A stretch of DNA of 64,000 nt, taken from an uncultured Klebsiella sp. Its GTDB lineage: Bacteria; Verrucomicrobiota; Verrucomicrobiia; Opitutales; UBA953. The notes below the pieces were generated by a model. It was not told where the DNA came from. It did no database searches and saw only the letters and a list, made by a program, of their open reading frames with translations. Below, one piece after another: positions 8,491 to 19,184 of the stretch. The position numbers and the translations under genes are program-made. The stretch spans positions 113-64,112 of the forward strand of contig CAZRPB010000001.1 of the NCBI GenBank assembly GCA_964601955.1. Reading direction: 5' to 3'. Numbering within the stretch: the stretch's first letter is position 1; every line of letters starts with the position of its first letter.

Positions 8491-9477
8491 ATGATCCCAG
8501 ATGCCGAAAAGCCCGAGGCAGCGGTGGCGGCGGAAGGGCTGACCAAGCGTTACGGCTCACTGACCGCGATCGAGGACCTGAGCTTCTCCGTGGCGCCCGG
8601 GGAGGTGGTCGGATTCCTCGGCCCGAACGGAGCCGGCAAGTCGACCACCCTGAGGATCCTGGCGGGCACCATGGCGGCCACCTCCGGAAGGGCCTCCATC
8701 TGGGGTGCTTCCGTGGCGCTCGATCCGGCGGCGGCCAAGCGACGCATGGCGTACATGCCGGAGAACAACCCGCTCCCGGAGGATCTCCGCGTGGAGGAAT
8801 ACCTCACGCTGCGCGCGCGGCTCAAGGACGTGGAGCCTGCGAACGTGAAGGCGCGCGTGGCGAAGGTCATGGAGGACTGCGACCTCGCGCGCCGCGCTTC
8901 CGGGCGGCTCATCGGCCAGCTCTCCAAGGGCTTCCGGCAGCGGGTCGGCATCGCGGACGCGCTGCTGGCGGAGCCGAAGGTCGTGCTGCTCGACGAGCCC
9001 ACCATCGGCCTCGATCCGCACCAGATCCTCGGCATCCGCGACCTCATCCGCTCGCTGCGGGGGCGGATGGCGGTGCTCATCTCCAGCCACATCCTGCATG
9101 AGGTCGAACAGGTCTGCGACAAGGTCGTGATCATCAACCGCGGAAGGCTGGTCGCGCAGGGCCGCCCGGCGGACCTGCGCCGCGAACTGCGGCCCGCGGC
9201 TTCCTTCACCGTGGTGGCCCGTGAGGACGCCGCGGCCGTGCTGGCCGCGGCGCGCTCGCTGGATCCCGCCGCCACGGCCGAGGACGCCGGAGAGGAGGAT
9301 GGCTGGCGTCGCACGCGCCTCTCGCTCCCGGCCGGCTCGCCCGCCCTGGAGTCGCTTGCCTCCGGACTCGCGCTGGCGGGACTCCGCCTGAGGGAGGCCT
9401 CCGAGGACCGATTCGGCCTGGAGGAGATCTTCCTCGCCGCGACCCGCCGTTCGCCCGGGGAGAGGCGGCGCCCCTGA
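8491..9477 (+). CDS. ABC transporter ATP-binding protein (GldA-like, ABC-2 type)
   Basis: Walker A GPNGAGKST, signature LSKGFRQRV, Walker B VVLLDEPTIGLD and H-loop SSH are present. The upstream part of track ORF 7828-9477 is Arg-rich and overlaps the preceding gene, so ATG 8491 was chosen. Confidence 0.9.
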   Translation: MIPDAEKPEAAVAAEGLTKRYGSLTAIEDLSFSVAPGEVVGFLGPNGAGKSTTLRILAGTMAATSGRASIWGASVALDPAAAKRRMAYMPENNPLPEDLRVEEYLTLRARLKDVEPANVKARVAKVMEDCDLARRASGRLIGQLSKGFRQRVGIADALLAEPKVVLLDEPTIGLDPHQILGIRDLIRSLRGRMAVLISSHILHEVEQVCDKVVIINRGRLVAQGRPADLRRELRPAASFTVVAREDAAAVLAAARSLDPAATAEDAGEEDGWRRTRLSLPAGSPALESLASGLALAGLRLREASEDRFGLEEIFLAATRRSPGERRRP

Positions 9478-9478
9478 G

Positions 9479-10243
9479 ATGAGGCACTTCCGCGTGCTGC
9501 TCCTCCATGAGCTGCGCTGCGCGCTGCTCTCCGGCGCGACCTGGTCGGTCGCGGCGCTTTTCCTCGCCCTCATGGGGGCCGTGCACTGGTTCGCCGTGCT
9601 GGAATGCAGCCGGGCGCCTACGCCGTGGACCCCGACGGAAGGGACCTTCCGCCTCTTCTGGGTCCCGCTGCTCTTCATCCTGCCGCTGCTCACCATGCGC
9701 ACCTTCGCCGAGGAGCGCAGGTCGGGCACGCTGGCCGCGCTCCTGACCACGCCGGCCAGCGCGGCGTCGGTGGTGTGGGCGAAGTTCCTGTCGACGTGGA
9801 CCGTCTGGGCCCTGCTCTGGGCGGCCTTCATCGCGTTCCCCTGGATCACCGAACATCGCCTGGGCACGCCGGGCGACGCCAGGCTGGCCGACCCCGTTGC
9901 CCTCTGGGGAGGGCTGGCGTTCGTGCTCACCAGCGGCCTGATGCACGTGGCGGTCGGCGTGCTCTGCAGCTGCGTCACCCGCAGTCCGGCGCTGGCGGCG
10001 CTGCTCACCTTCATCGCGCTGCTCGCGCTGACCGCCGCGGGAGGAGCCATCGACTCGCTGCCCGTCGAGAGCTGGGAGTGGATGGGCTGGCTGCGCGACC
10101 CCGCCGACCACCTGCGCACCTTCGGACACCTGCAGGACTTCGCCTCCGGCGTCATCGACTCCCGTCCGCTGGTGCTTTACGCCACAGGAACCCTGCTCTG
10201 CCTCGGACTCTCGGTGCTGGCCCTGGAGGGGCAGGAGTCATGA
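9479..10243 (+). CDS. ABC-2 type transporter permease (GldF-like)
   Basis: Polytopic hydrophobic protein separated from the ATPase stop by a 1-nt gap. Confidence 0.7.
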   Translation: MRHFRVLLLHELRCALLSGATWSVAALFLALMGAVHWFAVLECSRAPTPWTPTEGTFRLFWVPLLFILPLLTMRTFAEERRSGTLAALLTTPASAASVVWAKFLSTWTVWALLWAAFIAFPWITEHRLGTPGDARLADPVALWGGLAFVLTSGLMHVAVGVLCSCVTRSPALAALLTFIALLALTAAGGAIDSLPVESWEWMGWLRDPADHLRTFGHLQDFASGVIDSRPLVLYATGTLLCLGLSVLALEGQES

Positions 10244-11748
10244 GGCAGGCGCCCGACGACTTCGCCGCCGTCCGCCCCGTGCGCCGGCTGAACCGCGCGA
10301 CGCAGGCCCTGCTGGCGCTCGCCCTGGCCGCCTCGGTCAACTTCCTCGCCTCCCTGCCGGCCTTCCGCCTGCGCGAGGACCTCAGCGCCGACCGCCGCCA
10401 CTCCCTCGCCCCCGAATCCGCGGAGACGGTGCGCGTGGCGGGACGGCGGAGTCCGGTCGGAGAGGGGCGCAACGCGGGCTGGGTGCGCGCCCTCGTCCTG
10501 GCGGGGGACGGCTCCGACGAATCGCGCCTGCTGCGGCCGCGCCTGCTGCGCCTGCTCGACGCCTATGCCCTGGAAGCGGGCCGCGACGGCGCGACCTGGT
10601 TCAGGATCGACACCGTGGGCGGCGGTCGCAACGCGCCGCTCCTCTCGGAAGTGGCGGCGCGGCACGGCGCGCCGGAAGCCGACACCGTCCTCATCCTCAC
10701 CTGCAACGGCCGGGCCAGATACGTGCGCCGCAAGGAGCTGACCGACGCCTCGGGCGCGTTCCGCGGCGAAGAGGCGGTGACCTCCGCGCTCATCGACGTC
10801 ACCGAGGACCGCGCGGCGGTCTGCTACGTCACCCGCGGGCACGGCGAACTGGGACTCGAGGACGTCTCGCAGGCGCGCGGGCTGTCCCAGCTCTCGCTGC
10901 TCCTGCGTGCGCGCAACTTCGAGGTGCGGGCGCTGGACCTCGCGGTGACGCCGGAAATCCCGCGCGACGCCTCGATGGTGCTCATCGCCGGACCGCAGGC
11001 CCCGTTCTCTCCCGCCGAGACGGCGAGGCTACGCGGCTACCTCATGGAGCGCAACGGCCGCGCGCTGGCGCTGCTGGAGCCCGGGCGCGCGCACGGTCTG
11101 GACCAGCTGCTTTCCGAATGGGGCGTGTTCTCCCCCGACGCCGAACTGCAGGAACCGGATCCGACAAGGCGCACCCCTTCCGGCGAGATCGCGCTGACCC
11201 GCCTGGACGACCGCGGCCACCCGCTCACGAAGGTCCTGCAGGACCAGGACCTGCCGCTGCTGGCCGCCCGACTCCGTCCCGCGAAGTATGACATCGGCAG
11301 CGAGCCCGACAGCACGCTCAACGTCTGGCAGCTCATCTTCTCCTCCGACGCCGCCTGGGGCGAGGCCGATCCCGCCAGGAGGCCCCTGAGGTTCGACTCC
11401 GCGCGGGACCAGCCGGGTCCGGTCTGCGTCGCCGCCGCCGCCGAGCGCGCCACCGGGATCAGGCAGGGCGCCGGAGGCACGGGAGGAAGGCTCGTGGTGG
11501 TGGGCACCTCCGACATCGCCGCCAACGAGCGTCTGAGCCGGGGCGGCAACCGCGCCTTCATGGTGCAGTGCGCGGCCTGGCTGACCGACCGCGACCGGGC
11601 CGTCTCGCTGCCCGGACGCGGCGCGACGTCCTTCCAGCTGACGGCGACCACGGCGGACTTCTGGGCGCTCGGACTGCGCTTCGCCGCCGTGCCGCTCGCC
11701 GTGCTGGTGGTCGGGCTTGCGGTTTCCGTCTGGCGCCGCAGAAACTAG
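10240..11748 (+). CDS. GldG-like ABC transporter auxiliary component
   Basis: ATG 10240 overlaps the permease stop (ATGA). TM helices sit at both ends. The central region reads LVVVGTSDIAANERLSRGGNRAFMVQCAAWL, typical of the ABC_transp_aux/GldG family (from memory). Confidence 0.65.
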   Translation: MRQAPDDFAAVRPVRRLNRATQALLALALAASVNFLASLPAFRLREDLSADRRHSLAPESAETVRVAGRRSPVGEGRNAGWVRALVLAGDGSDESRLLRPRLLRLLDAYALEAGRDGATWFRIDTVGGGRNAPLLSEVAARHGAPEADTVLILTCNGRARYVRRKELTDASGAFRGEEAVTSALIDVTEDRAAVCYVTRGHGELGLEDVSQARGLSQLSLLLRARNFEVRALDLAVTPEIPRDASMVLIAGPQAPFSPAETARLRGYLMERNGRALALLEPGRAHGLDQLLSEWGVFSPDAELQEPDPTRRTPSGEIALTRLDDRGHPLTKVLQDQDLPLLAARLRPAKYDIGSEPDSTLNVWQLIFSSDAAWGEADPARRPLRFDSARDQPGPVCVAAAAERATGIRQGAGGTGGRLVVVGTSDIAANERLSRGGNRAFMVQCAAWLTDRDRAVSLPGRGATSFQLTATTADFWALGLRFAAVPLAVLVVGLAVSVWRRRN

Positions 11749-11754
11749 CGTCGG

Positions 11755-13563
11755 ATGCGGCCGTCGAGGACCACGATCATTCTGCTGCTGGCCAACCTGG
11801 CGGCCTTCGCGCTCGTGTGGAGGGCGACCTCGTCGCATCGCGCCCCGGCCGTCGAGCGGCAGCAGCTCTTCCCCGCTGAGCCGGCCAGGATCTCCGTCAC
11901 CGACGGAGCGCAGCGCCTGACCATGGAACGGCGGGCCGGACTCTGGAAGATCACGGAACCGTTCGAGTGGCAGGCGAACGTCTGGGCCGTGCAGCGGCTG
12001 GTCGACGAGCTGCGCTTCATCACGACCGACGGGGGCTTCGACGCATCCGAGGCCGGGCCGCAGGGCCTCGCCGCCTACGGGCTCGACCGGCCCCGCTGGA
12101 CGCTGCGCGTGACGGGCGAGGGCGTCGAGCCGGTCGAGGCCAGGGCGGGCCTCCAGCCCGCCACGAGGAACCTCTTCCTGCTCTGCGACAACGGCCGGCG
12201 CATCCTGCCGCTCGCCGAGGCGATGGGGGCGGCGCTCTCCGCCAAGCCCGAATCCTACCGGGTCGACAAGGTGTTTGAGATCGCGGACTTCGAGGCCAGG
12301 GCCGTTTCCGTGAAGGTCGACGGGGGCGAGACGGTCTCCATCCTCTCCGAATCAAGGGTGCGGCCGGGCCGACGCCTCGGCGGACCGGAATGGAGGTTCG
12401 AAGCGCCTTTCGACACGCTGGCCGACCAGGAGGCCGCGACGCAGGCGGTCACGGACCTGACCGGGCTGCGGGCCGCACGTTTCCAGGAGGCGGCCGAGGA
12501 CGCCACCGGCCTCGCCACGCCCGCCCTGCGGATCGCCGTCGAGGGCAACTCCAAGCGGCAGGTGCTCCTCATCGGCAAGCCGGCGGCCGACGCGCCGGGC
12601 CTCTCCTGGGCGCGCCTCGAGGAGAATCCCTCGACGTTCCTGATCGAGACCAGGAGGACGGCCCTGTGGAGAAACGCCGCCCGGGCCCTGGCCCCGTCCC
12701 GCCCCGCCGACTTCGAGCCCGCGCTCGTCACCGGATTCACGCTCACCTCGGGCGGACGCTCCCTCACGCTCCATCGGATCGATTCCGCCGGGAATGAGCC
12801 GCGCTGGGAGATCCCGGTCGCCCCGGGCTCGACGGCCACCCGCCGACGGGAGGCCGACGCCGCCGTGGTCAACCGCTTCCTCGAGGGGCTCGCCGGACTG
12901 CGGGCCCTGCGCACCAAGTCCGACGTCTCCCTGCCCGCGACCGCGAGGCCGAACGGCGCGCCGCTCCACTCGGTCGAACTGGAGTTCGGCGGCGAACGGA
13001 TGACCGTGGGATTCTCGGAGGATCCTGAAGCGCGCGCGGGCGCGGCGCTGGTGCAGGCCAAGGGCGCGCCGCTGGGCGCGGTCTGCGACCTGGCTTCGCT
13101 CATGGGCGGGCACAGGGAAGTGGAGCCTCAGGCATGGCGTCGCAGGATCGTCGCCACGCTGCCGCAGGGCGCCCGCGTGACCGGGCTGCGCGTGACGCGC
13201 AAGGAGGACGGCGCCCTGATCGGGGAAGCCAGGCTGGGGCCGGACGGCGGCTGGACCGGCAAGGGCGCGCTCGATCCCGCCGCCGCGCGCCGGCTCGCCT
13301 CGGTGATGTCCGACCTGCGCGCCGCTGAATTTCCGAACCGGGACACGGGGGCCGGCGGCTGGCGGTTCGAGATCCGCGTGACGGACCGGGCCGCGGGCGG
13401 AGCCGGCGAAGCGGCCGAGACCTTCCGCACCTACCTCTGCTCAGGTCCGATCAACGCGCGGACGCTGCTGCTGCGGGACGAAGCCGACTCCGACGAGTTC
13501 CTGCTGGAACCCGCGCAGGCCGAGGCGGTGACGCCGCTGCTGGCGCCGCCGGCGCCCCGATGA
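11755..13563 (+). CDS. DUF4340-like membrane-anchored protein
   Basis: An N-terminal anchor (IILLLANLAAFALVW) is followed by a long repetitive beta-rich ectodomain. Its position right after gldG-like matches DUF4340 genes. The family call is from memory only. Confidence 0.5.
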   Translation: MRPSRTTIILLLANLAAFALVWRATSSHRAPAVERQQLFPAEPARISVTDGAQRLTMERRAGLWKITEPFEWQANVWAVQRLVDELRFITTDGGFDASEAGPQGLAAYGLDRPRWTLRVTGEGVEPVEARAGLQPATRNLFLLCDNGRRILPLAEAMGAALSAKPESYRVDKVFEIADFEARAVSVKVDGGETVSILSESRVRPGRRLGGPEWRFEAPFDTLADQEAATQAVTDLTGLRAARFQEAAEDATGLATPALRIAVEGNSKRQVLLIGKPAADAPGLSWARLEENPSTFLIETRRTALWRNAARALAPSRPADFEPALVTGFTLTSGGRSLTLHRIDSAGNEPRWEIPVAPGSTATRRREADAAVVNRFLEGLAGLRALRTKSDVSLPATARPNGAPLHSVELEFGGERMTVGFSEDPEARAGAALVQAKGAPLGAVCDLASLMGGHREVEPQAWRRRIVATLPQGARVTGLRVTRKEDGALIGEARLGPDGGWTGKGALDPAAARRLASVMSDLRAAEFPNRDTGAGGWRFEIRVTDRAAGGAGEAAETFRTYLCSGPINARTLLLRDEADSDEFLLEPAQAEAVTPLLAPPAPR

Positions 13564-16241
13564 GCCCGGCGCCGGAGCGGCCGGCACGGAGGAATTTCCT
13601 GCGGAGCCTCGTCCACACGTGCCTCTTCCTGCTGCTGCCCTGCCAGCTGGCGCTGCTCTGGCTCGCCCATAACGACCGGCCCGTGCGCCTGCCCGACCGG
13701 CTGCTCGACGAAGCGGCCGCGGCGCTGGCGGCGAAGGGCGTCCGCTTCTCGGCCCGCGCGCTGATGGTGAATCCTGACCGGTCGCTGCGGGCGGAGGACG
13801 TCACGCTGGGCTTCGACGGGGCGGGAGACGGGGTGATCTCGGCGCGAAGCCTGGACGTACGCCTGAGCCTGCCGGCGCTGGCCGCCGGGAAGCTGGAGCC
13901 GACCGGACTCATGGTCACCGACGCCCAGGTGAGGCTCCCCGGTCCGCTGACGCCCGACGGCAGGCCGCGGACGATCGCGGACCGGATCGACTGCGAGGTC
14001 CTCCGCGAAGGCCGTTGGCTGGTGATACGTTCGGCGCGGCTGCGGAGCCGGGGGATGACGGCGTTCCTGTCGGGCGAGGTGCCGGTGGCGACCCTCATGA
14101 CGGGAGGACGGAACGGCGCCGACCTCCCCGCCGCGCTGAGATCAGCCGACGCATGGATCAGGGATGCGGACGAGTTCGGGCTCCGTTCGGTCGAAGTGCG
14201 GGCACGGAGCGACGGGGCGGGCGGAGCGACGCTGCGCATCGAGGCGTTGGCGCAGCCGGCGATCTCGCCTCCGTCGTCCACCCCCGTGCGCATCGAGGGC
14301 CTGAGGATCGCGGCCTCCGTGGGCTTCCGCCCGGACGCAGGCCTTGGCGAGTGGGCGCTGGAGGCCGACGCCGCGCAGGCCTCGGCCGCGATCGGAGACA
14401 TCAGGATGAACCTGCGCGGCCTGCGGGTGACCGCATCGCCTGAGCCGCGGCACGGCGGCTTCCGCATCATCGCCAAGGTGGACGAGGCGCTCGCGGACGG
14501 CCTGCCGACCGCACGCCTCCGATGGGACTCGCTGGTGGGACGGGAAGGCCCGGTGGAGACGCGATTCCTGCTGAGGACCGACGGCTCACGCGCCAGCGGG
14601 CGCCTGAAGACCGAGGGCCGGGCCTGGCGCGAGCTGACGTTGGACCGGGCGGACCTCTGCTCGGAGGAGATGCTTTCCGTCTCACCCTTGCGCAAGGCGC
14701 TGGCGGACGCGGGAGTCGGGCTCTCCGGCTCCATGATCCTGAGGGAGGCGCGGTTCGTGGCCGACGGAGCGGGGGGACTGGCCCGAGCGACGGGCGCGGC
14801 GGACCTGAGCGGCTTCAGCGCGATGGGGCTTTCATCGTCATCCATCGCGCCCGGCGCCGCCCTGCCCCTCTCGGCCGGATTTGACTTCGATGCGGCCCGC
14901 GGCCCCAGACCCCTGCGGCTGACGGAGCTCCAGCTGGCCTCGGTACGCGGTGAGGCCGAGCTGTCGCTCAAGGCCGGCGGGCCTTTCTCCCTGCACCTGC
15001 GCGGCGACCTGGCGCCTCCATGCCTCGACCAGGTGCTCGGCCGCTGGTGGACGGACCTGTGGTCGCTGTTCCAGGTGCGCAGGCATCCTCACGCGTACAT
15101 CGATGTCGACGGCGAGTGGATGAAGCAAGGAGCCCGGACCAAGGGCCGGGTGAAGCTCGATGACTTCACGTTCATGGGCGCGCCTTTCCGTGGGGTCGAA
15201 GTGACGGTGGATGCGGACGCGAGACGCACGGTCATAGGGCTGGAGGACCTCGCCGGCGGAAGCCTGCCCGCCGACGGCTCGCTCGACGGGCAAGTGACCT
15301 GGGACTGGAGCCTCCCTCCGGAGATCGCCGGCCCGAACGTCGACGTCAGCGGTGACATGGAGCCGTGGATCGCAGCACGGTGCGCCGGCGAATCCTTCGG
15401 CGAGGCTTTGAAGGGCCTGCGGCTGCCTGCGGGCCGGAGACTCCGCGTGGTCGCACGTCCCGAGGGCGGCAAGCCGGCGGTCACCGCCGAGATCTCCGCG
15501 CCCGGCACCAGCCAGGCATGGGGGTTTCCGCTGCTGAACCTGAAGGCGAAGACGGAGGGCGCCGGTGAGCGTATGACCATCCGGACGACCTTCGGGCTGG
15601 CGGATGGCGAAGCGCGGCTGGACGTGAAGGGGGACGTCCTGCGGAAACCCGCCGTCGAATTTTCAATTCTGGGCTCAAAACCAGAGCTTCTGCTGGCCGC
15701 CTTTGAGGGGACCCAGGCTGAGCGCACGGGCAATGCCCGCCTGGACCTCAGTTTCAAGGGCACGGTCGACCTCCGGGCCCCGCGCCAGCTGCGAGGGCTG
15801 GGCGACTACCGCCTGGTGGATCCCGAACTCAAGAAGGTCAGGCTCCTGGGGGGCCTTTCGGGCCTGCTCGAGGAGCTCGGCGTCAACCTCACCTCCTATG
15901 ACCTTCAGGAGGCCCGGGGGATCTTCGGCTGCCTGGAGGGCAAAGCCTACCTCCCTGATCTCACCGTGACCGGGCCCCAAGCCATGCTCACCCTGTCGGG
16001 GGTGGCCGGCTTGGAGGGGGGGCAATTGGACTTCATCGGGGACTTCTCCCTCATGGAAAAGCAGGGGATTCCCCTAATCGGCCTCCTGAACCCGAACCGG
16101 GCCTTGATCGGACTTACAAAAATAAGGGTAAAGGGCAGTTTTTCTCAGCCAGAAACCTCCGCATTTCCTAGGCTGTCAGACTTCATTAAGTCAAACAAAG
16201 ACAGCGACTTAGGTAAAATTCCCGAGGTACTAAAGGAATGA
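13560..16241 (+). CDS. AsmA/TamB-like large envelope protein
   Basis: The start overlaps the previous stop (ATGA). An N-terminal TM helix (CLFLLLPCQLALLWLA) is followed by ~850 aa that are beta-rich. The C-terminal IRVKGSFSQPE is reminiscent of the AsmA-family terminal motif. Confidence 0.45.
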   Translation: MSPAPERPARRNFLRSLVHTCLFLLLPCQLALLWLAHNDRPVRLPDRLLDEAAAALAAKGVRFSARALMVNPDRSLRAEDVTLGFDGAGDGVISARSLDVRLSLPALAAGKLEPTGLMVTDAQVRLPGPLTPDGRPRTIADRIDCEVLREGRWLVIRSARLRSRGMTAFLSGEVPVATLMTGGRNGADLPAALRSADAWIRDADEFGLRSVEVRARSDGAGGATLRIEALAQPAISPPSSTPVRIEGLRIAASVGFRPDAGLGEWALEADAAQASAAIGDIRMNLRGLRVTASPEPRHGGFRIIAKVDEALADGLPTARLRWDSLVGREGPVETRFLLRTDGSRASGRLKTEGRAWRELTLDRADLCSEEMLSVSPLRKALADAGVGLSGSMILREARFVADGAGGLARATGAADLSGFSAMGLSSSSIAPGAALPLSAGFDFDAARGPRPLRLTELQLASVRGEAELSLKAGGPFSLHLRGDLAPPCLDQVLGRWWTDLWSLFQVRRHPHAYIDVDGEWMKQGARTKGRVKLDDFTFMGAPFRGVEVTVDADARRTVIGLEDLAGGSLPADGSLDGQVTWDWSLPPEIAGPNVDVSGDMEPWIAARCAGESFGEALKGLRLPAGRRLRVVARPEGGKPAVTAEISAPGTSQAWGFPLLNLKAKTEGAGERMTIRTTFGLADGEARLDVKGDVLRKPAVEFSILGSKPELLLAAFEGTQAERTGNARLDLSFKGTVDLRAPRQLRGLGDYRLVDPELKKVRLLGGLSGLLEELGVNLTSYDLQEARGIFGCLEGKAYLPDLTVTGPQAMLTLSGVAGLEGGQLDFIGDFSLMEKQGIPLIGLLNPNRALIGLTKIRVKGSFSQPETSAFPRLSDFIKSNKDSDLGKIPEVLKE

Positions 16242-16245
16242 GGGA

Positions 16246-16785
16246 TTGATTTGTAGGACTGAAGCGGTGTATCAGTCTGACTTCACCCTCATAACGGAGG
16301 AAAATCCCTTGGACCTAAGCAAAATCAAACAAGTGGTGGACCTGATGAAGAAGTCCGGTCTGTCCGAGTTCGAAATCCAAGACCAGGAGTTCAAGCTGCG
16401 CATCAAGAGGGACGTGGCGGGACAGCCCGCGGTGTTCCAATCCCCGGCCGTGGCCGCCCCGGCTCCGGCCGCCGCCCCCGCCCCTGCTCCTGCTCCGGCC
16501 GCCGCGCCCACCGCCCCCGTCGCCGCCCCGGCCGCCGACCCCGGCGTCAAGGTCATCACTTCCCCGATGGTGGGCACCTTCTACGCAGCCCCCTCTCCGG
16601 ACAATCCTCCCTTCGTGACCGTCGGCTCCCCCGTGAAGCCTGACAGCGTCGTCTGCATCGTCGAGGCGATGAAGGTCATGAATGAGATCCAGTCCGAACT
16701 CAACGGAACCATCGTCGAGTGCCTGGTCGCCAGCGGCACTTCCGTGGAGTTCGGCCAGCCGCTCTTCCGCGTGAAGGTCAGCTGA
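16246..16785 (+). CDS. accB: acetyl-CoA carboxylase biotin carboxyl carrier protein
   Basis: Biotinyl-lysine motif EAMKVMNEI and a Pro/Ala linker are present. The start is uncertain (TTG 16246 or GTG 16267). Confidence 0.9.
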   Translation: MICRTEAVYQSDFTLITEENPLDLSKIKQVVDLMKKSGLSEFEIQDQEFKLRIKRDVAGQPAVFQSPAVAAPAPAAAPAPAPAPAAAPTAPVAAPAADPGVKVITSPMVGTFYAAPSPDNPPFVTVGSPVKPDSVVCIVEAMKVMNEIQSELNGTIVECLVASGTSVEFGQPLFRVKVS

Positions 16786-16801
16786 GCCCCGGAGAACGCG
16801 C

Positions 16802-18178
<1,377 letters not shown>

Positions 18179-18191
18179 AGACGCCGGCGGC

Positions 18192-19184
18192 ATGAACGGC
18201 CGCAGGCGACCCACCCCGCCCCCGCCTCTCCGTACGGGAGGCGACCTGCTCCGGCATGCCAACCGCGAGATGCGCCGGGCCGGGGTGTCCCACGGGCAGG
18301 GCTTCCTCGGACCGGAAGAGGAGTCGCTGACGCTGCTCGGGCACGCGCTCGGACTGGCCTGGGAGGACCTGCCTTCCTGCTTCCGCAAGCCGGTGCCCGC
18401 GGAAGCAGCGACGCGGTTCCTCGAACTGCTGCGCAGGCGCACGGAGGATCGGACGCCGACGGCCTACCTCGTCGGCGAAGCCTGGCTGGGCGGGCTGCGC
18501 TTCAAGGTGGACGAGCGGGTGATCATCCCGCGCTCCTACTTCGTGGAACTGATTCCGGAAGTCATCCCCGCCTGGCTGCCGCCGGCGGAGAGCATCCTCC
18601 GCGTGGCCGACGTGTGCACGGGCTCGGGCTGCCTCGCCGTGCTGCTCGCCCGCCGTTTCCCCAAGGCGACGGTCGACGCCACCGACCTGTCCGCCGAAGC
18701 CCTGGAGGTGGCGGCGGAGAACGTCGCCGCCCACGGACTCAAGGAGCGCGTCCGCCTGCACCGCACCGACGTCATGCGCTCGCTGGCAGGACGGCCGCGC
18801 TACGACCTGATCATCAGCAACCCGCCGTATGAGCCGGAGAAGGTGCTGCGCGGGCTGCCCGCCGAATTCCATCGCGAGCCGCCGGAAGCGCTGGTGAGCG
18901 GGAAGGACGGGCTGGACGTGATCCGCCGGCTGCTGCGGGAGGCCGCCTCGTCGCTGCTCCCGCACGGCGCCTTGGTCATCGAAGTCGGCGGCCTGCGGGA
19001 GGCGATGGCCCGGGAATGGCCGCGGCTGCCGGTCTGCTGGCTGCCGACGGCCGACGGCTCCGACTGCGTGGGCCTCATCCACGCCGCCGACCTCGCGGCG
19101 TTCACCAGGCCCGGTCGGCGCGCCGCGACTCGAGGAGCGACTGGGTCTCGGCGGAAAGCGCGGGGAAGAAGTCGAGGCCGGTGA
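18192..19184 (+). CDS. prmB: ribosomal protein L3 N5-glutamine methyltransferase
   Basis: NPPY motif (ISNPPY), SAM-binding VADVCTGSGCL and a PrmB-type block YLVGEAWLGGLRFKVDERVIIPRS are present. The Arg-rich C-terminal tail overlaps the convergent nuclease gene. Confidence 0.75.
   Translation: MNGRRRPTPPPPLRTGGDLLRHANREMRRAGVSHGQGFLGPEEESLTLLGHALGLAWEDLPSCFRKPVPAEAATRFLELLRRRTEDRTPTAYLVGEAWLGGLRFKVDERVIIPRSYFVELIPEVIPAWLPPAESILRVADVCTGSGCLAVLLARRFPKATVDATDLSAEALEVAAENVAAHGLKERVRLHRTDVMRSLAGRPRYDLIISNPPYEPEKVLRGLPAEFHREPPEALVSGKDGLDVIRRLLREAASSLLPHGALVIEVGGLREAMAREWPRLPVCWLPTADGSDCVGLIHAADLAAFTRPGRRAATRGATGSRRKARGRSRGR

Noticed and set aside
16441-16545. Repetitive GCC/CCG-rich DNA that might be a tandem repeat or array.
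   Set aside because: It encodes the normal Pro/Ala flexible linker of BCCP (AccB). Similar (A/P)n-coding stretches in the secretin gene (about 28410-28480 and 31080-31150) are likewise protein linkers. No spacer-repeat periodicity was seen.
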